Assembly: GCA_051362555.1 (NCBI GenBank)
Contig: CM120640.1
Span: 29,102,503-29,166,502 of the forward strand
DNA from: Lingula anatina
Taxonomy: Eukaryota > Animalia > Brachiopoda
Length of the DNA stretch: 64,000 nt
Direction of reading: 5' to 3'
This document shows, one piece after another, positions 25,990 to 39,100 of this stretch (its first letter is position 1; each line of letters begins with the position of its first letter). The notes beneath the pieces were generated by a model. That model ran no database searches. It was not told the DNA's origin and saw only the letters and a program-made list of their open reading frames with translations. The position numbers and the translations under genes are program-made.

Positions 25990-28956
25990 CAGAATAAAAC
26001 CCCTGTTCTGACCAGCCTCCAGAGCCCATTGTGAGAAGATACATCAGACCCAGCCAAGAGTTGTACCAGGCAGCCTCCTCTCCACCCCCTGTCGGGCAAC
26101 AACAACCCTCAGCAGCAACCCTGCTGTACCGATCATACTAAGACCCTGGAGGGCCCAGCCAGAGAGTTTGTCCAGTAGCCAGTCCCAACCCCCAGATGAT
26201 GAATACAAGTTGGTTTCAGAAGAAAAAATTGTCAATCTGGTCAATAAAGTCTTGTCAGAGCATATAGCTGAGTGCACTGGCTCAATGGTTTGGGACAGAG
26301 AGGCAGAGAGCAAATGGGGGAGTGGCTTGGTCAATGGGACTAAAATGTGAAACATGTCAGCTAGAATAGGACAGGGAAGAAGAAACTGTACAATGAAGAC
26401 TAAAGCAAGCAGAGAGCAGCAATGGTGAATGCAGGCTTGCGAGTAGGCCTGTCACAGAATATGACCTCTAGCACAGCAATGAGGCAGATCTTAATGGCAA
26501 GCAATGTGACCCCGCCCAGCCCATCAGCCATGCAGAAGCAAGCTACTGAAGTCAGTGCAGCGATAACAGAGCTAAACAAAGCTGATATGCAACAGCGCCG
26601 CGAAAACCTACATCACATTCAGGATCTCAGAGGGTATGGAGTACAGCCCATAGCAGTAGAAGGAGATGGGAGATACAGTAATAGCCTGTTCAGCGGAGGG
26701 AACAAAACACCATACCAGCCAGTCACTCAGACTGTGTACACTGTAGCAGAGAATGTGACCAGCCAGATGGACATTATTATTGGTGGTAACAAGCTCTGCC
26801 GTACTGCTCACCTGCTCAGAAGTAGAGGGGAAGATGTCTCTTGTCCAGAGCACAGTGGAGTCTGCACAGCCAATCTACGAGAAGACGACAGCATTGGTGA
26901 CGAGCAATGTGCCTTGAGGAAATTTCTGGTGAGGTCACAGTTGGTGCCTTAACCACTGATGGTGACAGCCAAACCCACTCTGCGTGTGACAATGTTGAGT
27001 CTTCGGGACACACAACACTTTACCAAAGCTCTGAAAAAACAAATAGAAAAAGCACCATTTTCTAGTCAAGTGTTTCCAGGAAAAAAAAAACACACTAAAG
27101 ACAAAATGCAAAAATGCTTTACTCAGTGCATAGCAATGCGCTGCTATTCTGAATTTGATGCTTGCTTTAAAGGTGCATACAATGTCATTTTTTTGTCACA
27201 TTTTATAATACTTTTTTATATTTATGTTAACAATTCAACTTTTTAGGGGTTATCATGTGTTTGATTTTTTTTAAATTTCAATATATGAGTTAAATAAAAT
27301 CAGTATAAAAAAGGTCCCCTTTTTATTTAAATTCTCATATTTGTTATTACTAATTTCTTCCTTACATCAATGTCACACTGGTATATGACATCAATGTTTA
27401 TTTATCATATTTCAGCACTAAATTTTTAACTGTAAATAATATAGATGATGCTAAAGTCATTAAAGAAAACATCATACAAAATTTCAGGTTATAGTTTGGC
27501 AAATAAACAATATTTCAACAAGATCTTCAGCCCCAAAGACTTCACGTTCTACAGTGAGTAGATAGCATACAACGTATTTGATTGACAGGCAGTATGTTGC
27601 CTTGACAACGAACTAGATATATCTAGTTCATCCAGTTCAATCTAGCTGTTGTTTCCAGCACAGTACTTGTGTAGTTTCTGTTTTTGGAACGGTCTTTATC
27701 TCTAGAGCACGTAGATTTTTAACCAAATAAATATTCAGTAGTGAGCCTGTTACGTGAATAAATTTTGTCTTGTGAAGTCCTGGAGGGTGTTCACTTTCAT
27801 AATTTGGCGGTAAGTTTGCTCAGACTTCGTCTTGCGACTGCATGTGTTTTGTGCCAAAAGTAGGTCACTCTTTTCAGTACCGTCTTGGAAGAGAGAAAAA
27901 GACGTTAGAATGCATCAAAATGATTTTTAAAAAAAAGATTTTTGCTCTGAATTTCTCATTATAATCATAACCTGTTCGTCGTACAGCCAATCCTGCAACT
28001 TCACTTGCCCGAACTGAATTTTTACCTGCCCCGGACAGGCGCCAATTTCGAGCCCTGCGTCGCATCTTTACTGATATTTTCTCTTGCCGCATGGATTCAT
28101 TTATTTATAAATGATCACGACTGCTACTATTCTTCAGTCAAAATAACATGAAGGATAGACTATGAGATGCTAATACTACTGCACCAGGCAGAATAAAAAT
28201 AAACAACGTAACGTGCACACAAGAGATTCAAGTACGCACACAAGTCGTTAGCGTCGCGTCTGTCAGGAATAAAGGCAATGGGCACACACACACTACCAGG
28301 GTATCGGAGTTCAAAGAATCATGTCGGCAAAAAAGAAGCGTATCGGCAAAAAGAAATGCGTATCGCTGCCGATACGCTATAAAGGCCTGGGGAGAACCCT
28401 GCACTAGCTGATTTGGTAGGCGTGACAGACAATTAAGCCTCTCGAGCTGCTAGCAATTTAGCATGAACCCCCAGGGAGTTAGGCCGATCCAGATGGATCG
28501 ATCTACATGTAAGTATGGGAACCCAGTCCTAGACTTTAGCAACTCTGAAGACTTGCACATCTTAAGACAAGTGCCTAAATTACAGACTGGGCTCAAGGGC
28601 AATTGAATCAACAAAACTAAATATCAACACACAAAAAGTTAGAAAACTAATAATTAAGACGTCACCTTTTCTTGGAACTTTGCAGGAAGGATTCACAGTG
28701 CAGTCGGCTTAATAGGTATCGTGCTGGTATCGTGCCAACTTCTTCAATCATTAAATATCTGGAGAAAGATGAAAAACAGATAAAAATGAGAGTAAATCAC
28801 AAAAAGACAATTGCATTTAAGTTTAGAGCTAGAAGTAGAATCCTTAACTGCTACAGAAGATATGACAGATGTAAAGCATTGAAAAGTAATGACTATAGAA
28901 AATCCATATCTATGCCAAAACTTATATTTCATGATCACAATTATTCAAAGAATTAA
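25990..28956 (+). pseudogene. Kolobok-type DDE transposase with frameshifts, split by a nested insertion (27171 to ~28510)
   Basis: N-part: NAGLRVGL..MRQILMASNVTPPS.SAMQK..IAVEGDGRYSN..TPYQP..AENVT..NKLC..C.ANL..TTDGD..DTQH. C-part (~28560-28956): CLNYRLG....TKLNINTQKV..NFAGRIHSAV..DHNYS. Confidence 0.75.
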
Positions 28957-29078
28957 AAGAAAATGTATGATTTTGAGATACTACTCTTTAATAAATATGT
29001 AGTAAAATACAAAAATACAAAAGTTTGTTGGTCTTTCTTCTATTTAAAACTAAGAAATATTATTGAGAAACTAGAAAT

Positions 29079-29486
29079 TTAGTAAATGTAAGTTAAAAAA
29101 AAAAAATTATCATGTACACAATTTGGCCTCTGCTTGTGTCCGAGGCACCTGCCCACATTACGACAGTGTAGTCTGTTATTGTTGATTCCATGAGGCTCTG
29201 CTGTGAGATGATCAGGGTTACAGCACAGAGTGACTGCACACAGGTGGGATACTTCTGTCCCTCTTGGTATGTTCAGAATTCTTTCCTTTAGCATAAATGC
29301 CACCCTGTGCACTCCAACAGTAACAGAGTGTCTTGCCCCAGGGAATGTAACCCTCATCATCCCATAACAGACCCCACTGGAACAACTGGTGCCCCCAGTC
29401 CATAGCCAACAGTATCCCTCCTGTGTGTTATGCAATTTGCTGTTTAATTTTTCTCTCAATTCGAGGAAAAACTGCTCGTTAGCCAT
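29079..29486 (-). CDS. His-Me finger (HNH, I-PpoI-like zinc-binding loop) endonuclease of the transposon
   Basis: Open ORF with CWLWTG, YG, VHRVAF, EVSHLC...CCNPDHL..EP...N..R..C...C.GH...P.C; likely ATG at 29486 (MANEQFF). Confidence 0.85.
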   Translation of the reverse strand: MANEQFFLELREKLNSKLHNTQEGYCWLWTGGTSCSSGVCYGMMRVTFPGARHSVTVGVHRVAFMLKERILNIPRGTEVSHLCAVTLCCNPDHLTAEPHGINNNRLHCRNVGRCLGHKQRPNCVHDNFFFLTYIY

Positions 29487-30148
29487 ATTTGTGAGAAATG
29501 ATGCAAGACAAAAAATACTGTCATCAGACAAAATTTCTTACCAGCATTACTTGAACATGTCCCCCCCCTCTGTTTAAAAGAAACACTGCACCACTCACAG
29601 TCAGTAACCCCCTCCGCCAGAGGTCTCATGACTGCACAGCACCTGTGCCTGGTCCTGAAAAAAAAAAACTGGCAGTAGTTTACACCCTAGCCTGCTAGTC
29701 GATACTAACTTTAACCCTAGCAACACACAAGAAATGCCAAGAAAAAAAAGTAAAAAACACTAATTTTCTCTTACTGAACAACATTCGTCTATAACAGTCG
29801 GTGATTGGTCCATTTAGTGGTTTCTGCCCTTTAAGATTATTCATCATTATGTTTATAGGATGTGTCAGTTAAAAGTACTTCAACACTAATTTTGTAATTA
29901 AACCTTTCTGAAAAATCAAAGGTGAAAATAGTTATAATTCTCCAAAATCTACTGTTACCATTTTACATTCAGTATCTTTATTAAAATGACTGACATCAAT
30001 GGGCAACAATAGCATAAAGTACATGTATATATATATTGCTATATTAATACTCTCATATAATACTTGTTATTCTGCTTAGGAGAGATGAAAGATGGCACCA
30101 GATGGGTGCAGTATTTTCTCCATCACTGGCAATGTGTTGTGAAATAAG

Positions 30149-33100
30149 ATGTCCACAGTAACCCAGAGTATGTTCCGTTTTGGAGGAGACCTGGAGTTTG
30201 ACCTCACCTGGGAGCCATTCCCAGGAACAGTGATGGATGTGCGATTGAAACCATACTCCAGAAGGGTCAGTTTTCTACAGTTTCTACGTCCACTCACACC
30301 AGAAAAACCATATTTTCTGGCACAGATTAGGTCACTGGGTAAGAAGTTTTAACACATTTTTATTTTAATAAAATTAATAAATAAAAAATGATCGCTGTTC
30401 ATGTTTTTTTCTAACTGTGGTTCTTGATAGTGGTTTTACAAATGCAAACTATCATTTTGATGTAATTCTCAGTGCTGTCATTAAAGTTAAATGCCTCTTT
30501 TCCACAAGTAATAGCAAACCACTCACTTTCTTGAAAACCCTCTATCATTCATGCCTTTTTTCTTGTAATTTCATTATCCAGGTCCAACAAGTGTGGTAAC
30601 AATAGGTATAGCCGGCTCTGACATCCCCCTAGATGTCCACCCAGGTCACTGGAATAACACAGTGGGCTACCAGAGCCACACTGGCAAGTGTTACACATCA
30701 CATAACTACAGTGGCAATACAGATGGAGAGAAGTTTGGCATGGGTAATTCATCTTGATATTATTGACAGTTATGTTGTGTATTGACGATAGAGAAATATT
30801 TTGATTTTTATTTAAATTTTATTTATTTTTATTTATTTTTACATAAACTCATTAAAATTTTTAATTTTGTGAAATTGACTATTATATGTACATGCAGTCA
30901 GTACATTTACATGACACAGAAGAGTATTGACTTAATTGCTATTATATGTTACCCCATAGGTACCATAATATAATAGCAGAAATTTAAATATTGGTATATA
31001 CAGCTATATACATGGACTTGTATATGAAAACTGAGGATACTTATGTATGTTTATTATCCCCTTGTTTTACTGGTATTAATATCTAAGATAAATGCCATTT
31101 GGACTCAACATGTCAATAAAGCATGTTTTAGTTGCCCATTAGATAGAATTGTTCCTGAATTACATTTGTAGGCTTAAACACTACTAGGCTATGCATTAAA
31201 ATACTCATTTCAGGTGATGTTTTTGGAGTTCTTGTCACCCATTTTGACAAACAGTCATCTACTGTAGTATTCATAAAGAATGGGTTGCCAATAGGAACAA
31301 GGTAGGGTGTGAGTTATAATCCAGTCGTAAGAGATAGTCGATAAAAGGCCCTCAGTGCCATAATATCATTTGATTTGTTGAAAATTGATTTGAAAAATAG
31401 TGATATGATTTAAGCAAAGTTATTTACTTGGACGCAAAGTGTCCATTGTTCCCTAGTCCTTAATTTACACATAATTTGAAGCACAACAAATCATATTTCA
31501 TATTTTGACTATTTATTGGCAATATTTACAATGCATGGATGGTCCATATTTCCAGGTATCATTACCAGGCAAAGCACAGTGAGTTCTTCCCTACTATAGC
31601 CCTGGAGAATGGGGCCATAGACATAGGCATGTTGTGGCCCCCAGCTGTCCTCAAACCCCCAGCACTTAGTATGGTGAGAACAATACATATAGCTTTATAC
31701 AATAATATATATACATGTTCTACTTTATAAATTTATAATATGTATATACTCTTAATGTAAAGGTGGGCTCATATAGCTAAATACCAATTACTATAATAAG
31801 AATTCCTCCCTTTTTTGTTGCCGATGGCTGAAAGTCAGGGGTCTGGCTCATAGCATACAATTATTCTCTCTCTCTCGCTCTTTTTTTGTGAAAAAGAATT
31901 TTTTGTTTTGTCTGTATTATCATTAATTTGTTTGCATGAACACTATTCTTTGTTTTTGTTAATAGCAAACCATTTTGACTGTTATTCCTTTAGGGCAACA
32001 TGAATCACTGGATCAAAGCTTCCAACATTCAATATGATGCAATGAAAGAGACATTTTACTATGAAGATACAGAGAAATATGCATTTTGCTCCATGCAGAG
32101 TTCTGTGGCATTATCAAAAGGTGAGCCGATGGTTAATTTATTCTTATGTACTGCATAAGAACCATGCAGTTAGATGCCACAATAAGCAGTTTAAATCCTA
32201 AAAATTATTTGACAATTATGAATGTGAAAAGCTTGTACATGTACTAGTAGGTAATGGTATGTGTCATGCCAAAATTGGTATGTCTGGTAATTAACAATAC
32301 TGAAAAGCAGCACATTCTGAGTTTGTTCAGCAAAGTTTTACTTCAACACTTATTCAAACAATATAGATAAATCTAGAGATAATGTGGTATCAAAAAATGA
32401 GGGTGCCATGAGAATGATTTAAATGCTACACTTGCCAAATGATAAACATCTGACCACTTCCACACTGAAATAAATTGTCAACAGAATTATTCCTATGTGT
32501 GTTCTGAATTTAAAATGATTATTCAGTGTCCTTTTTGAAAATGATATGAAACAGTTATATTTTATAGGGAAATAAGAATACTTATCTGAGGCATGCCTAT
32601 TATGCAACATAATTAAAGTCATATTTTGGCAGTACACATGTATGAGTATGGTACTTAGCATTTCAACTTAAAACAGTGCAGGATTGTGCTCTTGGAAGCT
32701 GTAGTATCTGAATTAAGTGACTCATTTATTAAAAAATCTCTCTTAACTACGCATTAAACATTTCTGTTAGATTCAAATTAACATATGAAAACTATGAGTC
32801 AGTTTATGAATAAGAGGCCTTAATTAGAAGGATTGGCCAGTGTTGATCAAATAAAAATTGCATGAATCACCATAGATCATGTAAACATCTGCATGGTATT
32901 GAAATCTTCTTGCATGTATGTTATTAATATTAAGCAATTTAATATTTAGATCACATAAACATCTGCATGGTATTGTAATCTTCTTGCATGTATGATTATA
33001 CAGTATGTTATAAATATTAAGCAATTTAATATATAGATTTGGTCAGTCTCAGCCAGTCAGTCAGTCATTATTAATAAGACTAATCATGATTTCATTAAAG

Positions 33101-36100
33101 TATTTCTGTGCACTGTATTAAGTTGTTTCATTATTTTAGACATTCAGCACTTTGATGTGGTGGTGAGGGAGGTAAATGAGAAGGGCCATGGACCCACCAT
33201 AGCTCTGGTCACCTGCAGCAGCTTAATGCTGTATCCAACCTGCGGACTCATGGTGGACTACCTCAAATGGTCAAATGAAACTACAGGTGAAGGATAGAAT
33301 AAATAATATTAATCTTTTTATGTTTATCTTTCAGGCAGTTTGTTTTGAATGTTAGTCGTCTCTGAATGTTATCCCATTGGCTTTCTGTCTTACAGAGGCC
33401 TTGGTAAAAAAACAATATTTGCATGTTGGTAAATAAATATAATTAAATTGATTGAACATTCACAAGATGTGAACATTATTTACAGTTTATTTGATTTGGA
33501 ACAGATCTTTAATTTCATTGCAGGCCTGAAACCATGCGTGGCATGCACAAACTTCCTTCACATATGTACATGTTACTTGTTTATAATGGAAACTTATATA
33601 CAGTAGTTACATATTTAATCTTAAATGCAACATTCTGTTTTTACTTTGCTGGTCTAGGTATCATAAACTTTCATAAAATGTTTAAACCAACTTTACAAGG
33701 TTATTTATTTTACCCCCTACTTGGTAAATTCACATTGAAGGTACATAGTACAGTAGTTATACTGCATGTGGATCAACTGGTTCTACATCTTTTTTCTTTT
33801 GGATTGCTTTCAGATCTGAAGCTGGAAGTAGGTCAGCGTATAGGTTGGGGAGTTCACTATGGCCCTGAGAGCCAAGAGAAAAATGTAACCTTTGATGAAA
33901 CTGCCCTGCAACCTGTCTTGTGTTATGTCACTCTGGACACCACTGTCATATACTGCAAAATCATGCTGCAGCCCCCTGGAGGTTTCTTCCCGCTAGTCAC
34001 ACTCAAGCCATATGGTACATGAATACATACTTTGGTGACACTTGTGCACTTGTTAAAAAGTACATTTATGTGATCTATTAATAAGTAATTATTTATGTGA
34101 AGATTGGTACAATTTTGATAAATTCAGAGGTTTGGTTAATTTTTGATTACTGTATTACCATTTGCATTGATTGAAAGTATGTTGCTTTGAAATAACATAT
34201 AATATTGTATCTTCTGTTTTCTTTGTTAATTTTTTATTTTAATTTTTTTAACAGCATCCAAAGTCAAGATAGACATGACATTCAACCCCCGTCCCAAGGG
34301 AGTCGAGAATCTGGACCAGTTGTATGCAGAAAGGTTGCAGGGAGCTATGGAAGAACTAAAAAAATCATTTGATCTGACAAGTGAGAGTTTTTATTGCACA
34401 AACATTATAGTAGCATATAGAAAGAAGATATGAAAAGTTCACACATTGCAATGATATCATTGTTTTGGTTGATGACTGTTTCTTACAATTAAACTTACTG
34501 GTTGGTTTGTCATCTTATTTAGAACCATATTTCTGATTGTTGTTTTCTTATTACTTTTCTTTTAGTTATTGGTTGTTTTGTCGCACTCTTTCATGTTTGA
34601 TTTACATCAATAACAAGTCTTGTTATGAAAATCAAAAGTCTCTGCAGACTTCATTTTAACTGAAAGATTTGAAGCAGTGAACAAAAATATGTTTTCACCT
34701 AAACAGGTGGTGATTTTTGTATTTATATTTTAGGCATTCCAATGAAATGGTTAAGAATATCAGAAGATCTGCAAGTCACTGTTACAGACTATGTCACCCT
34801 TCTGAAATACCCGAAGGAACCCAAGGGCATGGGCGTCATTCAGCTACAACAATCTCTCAATAGACAGTACAATTATTATTCCATTACTGTTAATAAACTT
34901 GGTATGTTTACTCCACATGTTTCTTCTCCACACATGTGCTTGATTAAAAAGAACGGTTAGATTTGATTTTAAATGTTATCTTTTACAATATTAACACAGC
35001 CTTTATAAACCTGAGGGTTATAATACTGTTGCTGTTATGTATGCTTAACAACTGCATGATTACTTGTAATATACAGTATATTTAGGATTAAATTTAGTTG
35101 CATGTAAATATCCTGTGTGATGGATCATAAACATGTACATAATATGCATTGACTCATCAACTGACTTTGTAGATGCAGACTCAGTGGTATGTCTGGGAGT
35201 AGCAGGAGCTGACTTCCCATTAAATAAGATGCCTGGAAAGCTACCAGGATCTGTTGGTTGGCAATCCAAATATGGCTGTCTCCTCTCAGAGGGATCTGCC
35301 CATGGAAATTCCATAGGAGAGAGATTTCAAACAGGTATGCTTTAAATATACGATATTTTTACCACCAGTTGTTATTTTGTCAAAGGACAAACATATACTT
35401 TATGCACAGAAGAATTGTGCATGAAAGCAGTATTAAACAAAATGGGGAATTTTCTGGGAGTTCATATACACACTGTATTCTGTATGTCAAGTGAAACACA
35501 AATATGTATCGGGGGTCATGAATCTTGTTTAAGACACATTGTAAATTGGGTTGCAAAATGTTTATTTTCATCCAAATTACATGGCGTTTTCTCACACCCT
35601 GTATATTAACCTGATGTATTGTAGGGGATACAGTTGGCATACAGATAACTTCCTTTAGTGAAAAGGCATGTGTGGTTCTGTTCATCAAGAATTACAGACC
35701 AGTAGGGACAAGATACCTGTTCAGCAAAGACCTAAATCAGTTGTATCCAACTGTGGCAGTGTTTGGGAACAAGCATGAAGTGGATCTTAATATCTTCTGG
35801 CAGAACCAGACCAATGTAGGGCTATTTCCTGTGGTAAGGTTGAGGGACAATTAAGACGACTCTGGGAGTTGTTTTATTGGGAAAGATCACTTTTCATTCT
35901 GTTCAGTACATAAGTTTTTGTTGCATTAAACATACTATGCCATCTAATTCAGATGCTTTTTAATACTGTAGAGATACAGAACCATTAAATATACATGTCT
36001 GTTGAGCTTTGAAACTTTGTTTCATGTTAATTTTTTTTTTTATGGTGGAAGAAGGGATAATGGAGAATTACTCTTTGCTTTTTGTCTAACCCTCATATCT

Positions 36101-39100
36101 TAAGTAAATAATTTTTTTCTGATGGATATTCATGTGTGTAGTCTGTTGATCTTGTTAAAAGATTAAACTCTTCATTCTCTGCACTAAAATATAACTGTCC
36201 CTGCAGTTACTGAAAGCTCTGTAAGGCACTTGTACAGTATTTTTAGTGCAGAAAATGAAAAGTTTAATCTTAAAACATTTTTATGTTTATAACATATTTT
36301 GTATATAAGGCCTTCTAGCATTTTTCTTTTTATTTTAAAAAATGAAAACATTTGATAGATTTACTTGCTTGTTAGACCTCCACAACTTCCAGTAGAAATG
36401 AATACTGCTTATCAAGTTGAAGATTTGCAAAAGCAGAGTGTGCTATACACATTCCATGTCAAGATTCTTTATTGCCTTTTCTTATAGACCAAGATAGACA
36501 GCTGGATCATCCCTGTAGGTGCTCGAATTGTTGACTCAGAAGAAAATGTAATAGAGGTCACTACTGACACAAATGATATCCTGTCCCTACAAGCACCATA
36601 TGGACTCAGTAGAAGTATGTTACACAATCAGGTCTTATATTGGCATAACATTGTCACAATTCTGCTATTTCTGTATATTATTATTATTATTATGATGATG
36701 ATGATGTTTACTAGCTTGTTTACTGCAAAGCATGGATATTTTGTGAATTTTTCTGTTGGTAACCTTGCAGTGTATAATATGCTAACATATTGGATCCACA
36801 TTTATGGATGGATTTGTCAGGGAATCTCATTTTCACTTTAGATAATATGCAACATTGAAACAAATCTTTCACCAGAATCTAAATGTTAAAAAATGGTGTT
36901 TTTTTTCTGCTTTTAATATGATTGGAATGTAATAAGTCCTCTCCAGAACCAAGTGTGATGTCACAACTAATTACAACTTTTCAAAAATGAGTTTAAATTT
37001 TTGGAACAAAAAATGAATAAAAAAGCAAAAGAGATAATTGACAATAAATGCCTATTTTACACACAAACCATGAGACAAATTTGAAATAATCATAACACAT
37101 CATATCGCAGTGTTGGCTCGCTACCAGACTATCAAGTATCAAGTTTTTTCAACAAGATACATTGTAAATTTAATTTATATAATAAAATAAACAATCTTTT
37201 ATCTTATCCAGCTTACAATCATTTTGAGGTCCAAATAATAGAGGACTTCAGTGATGAGGTGCCCCCACCCATGATAGCTCTGACCACAGCCAGTCCTCTT
37301 CTGCCACCACCGGAGTCCAACTTCAGACAGGACTTCATCAGGTTCTGGGCAACTGGGGCAGGTATGATCACTGCTAGCACACGTACAGTATCTAACACCC
37401 TGTCCTGTCTAGCACACTTGCACAACACACACACTAACATACTGGTACAGATCAATATAAAACATTAAAATATCTGACGTACAGATACACTGAATTATCA
37501 CTTTAGTATTTTAACATACACTATAGCTAATAAGTCCCCGGTCACTTTAATAGCACACGCTGTCTACATCAGACGCGCTAATGCGCACGTCCCCGACAGT
37601 GTTAATGATAGGGGGATTACGATGGACAGCGCATGTTGCTCACAGCAGTAGGCGCTGCCGCTGAAGTTAAACCGGTAATTAAGTCTTTAACTTGACTAAA
37701 CATGTTTTGCTTTGTAACTTGCGTCCTTCAGTCTTGCTGTTGCGGAAGCGCCGGCGGGACATATCTCCACCTTGCCGATATTTATCCCGACTCTCGACTT
37801 TAAAAGTATTATTGGTTTTGATTTTATCAAAGTCTTATTATATCAGAAAACCTGCATATTTTCACACGTTAAGAGAATTATAGAAACTGTAGAAAAAGCT
37901 ACTCGTACATCAGGGATAAAAAACAACACCTTGCAGCACTATTACCTATTATTCATCAACAGAAATTACTGTTTCACTTTTTTCTCCCAAATTACAAAGT
38001 CTGATGACAACTGAAAGCCTTTAGCCATACCTCAGGGCAGTGGGAGATAGTCTGGATTTGATTAAATGTAATAAAAGTATATTTTGAAGAATTTTCCTAG
38101 CCTTCGGTAATTTCCGCAAAGCTTCGGCATGCGCGGCAATACAGAGCTGTCGATATCTGTATGCGTGAACAATAGAATTGGTGGAACAACGGTTAACATC
38201 GTTGAGTCGTCTGCAACCTACCCGACGGGAGTTCGTGTCACTGTCGGTACTTTTGAAGATTTTGAAATTGTGATTATTATAAATATCTATTAATATATAA
38301 AGCAGTCGTGGCTAATTGTTTTTGCAACAGAAAGCACAGTAGGGAGGTTTGTTGTTATTGTTAAAGTTATTATTACTGGGGACATAAATTAGTATGCTAA
38401 TCTCTTATCATGGTATAATGATTGATACGATGGGTATCAAATAGTTTTCCTTTGATATAAACAACAAAAGAGCGGCCTTCCAAATATCTTTGAGGACGCA
38501 GGAGCGATGATCGCTACTCTTACCAACAGTAAATCACCGATTTACTTGACTCCGCTACTTCGAGCAAAATCACACACCACCAAAAGACAAATTAGACCAC
38601 GTTCGTCCTCTTATTAAAACAAAGAATGTAAAAATGTGATGTCGGTCAAAGAAGAGGCCTAGACTACGTGCTTCATGGTTTATTAGATAGGCCTATTCAT
38701 TGGATTTTTTTTTATTTCATTATTATAGCTTCACCTCGCGAGACCCTTTTTTATATATTTAAAACACAGCACCCCACTGGTTTCGCGATCATGAAGAAAG
38801 GGAGTGTAGCAAAGAACCTCATTAATGGTCGTAATAATAGGTGGTTGCATTGTAGGCCTAACCTTGTTCATTTTAGTCGACAGACTAAGCTAGAAGAAAG
38901 AAAAGATCATTATCGCCTCTCTTTACTTAGGAACAATAAGGATGGCTAGTGGCAGCATTTATAAGTTCTTTTATTTAGAAACTTTCCGATCCTTTGTCTG
39001 GGACTGCGTCCGAGAAACGGCGATAACGACAGAGACGTCCTCGAACATTTTGGACTCAGTGCAAATAAAAAAAAATCCGTTAAGAAGTAGCCTTTAAATG

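Larger units (their letters stand above)
25829..29830 (+). mobile_element. KolobokP-type composite-like DNA transposon, decayed
   Basis: TTAA|AGGCAGAAACCA ... TGGTTTCTGCCCT|TTAA; the terminal ~120 bp (29715-29830) recurs as a direct repeat at ~25865-25986; transposase remnants on + and a His-Me nuclease on -, convergent. Confidence 0.8.

Noticed and set aside
29079-29531. HNH ORF as a group I intron homing endonuclease or phage contamination
   Set aside because: No rDNA or intron context; it lies within TTAA-flanked transposon termini next to a transposase relic.
32868-33035. ~80-bp tandem duplication in a SPRY gene intron
   Set aside because: Ordinary local duplication with no sign of function.
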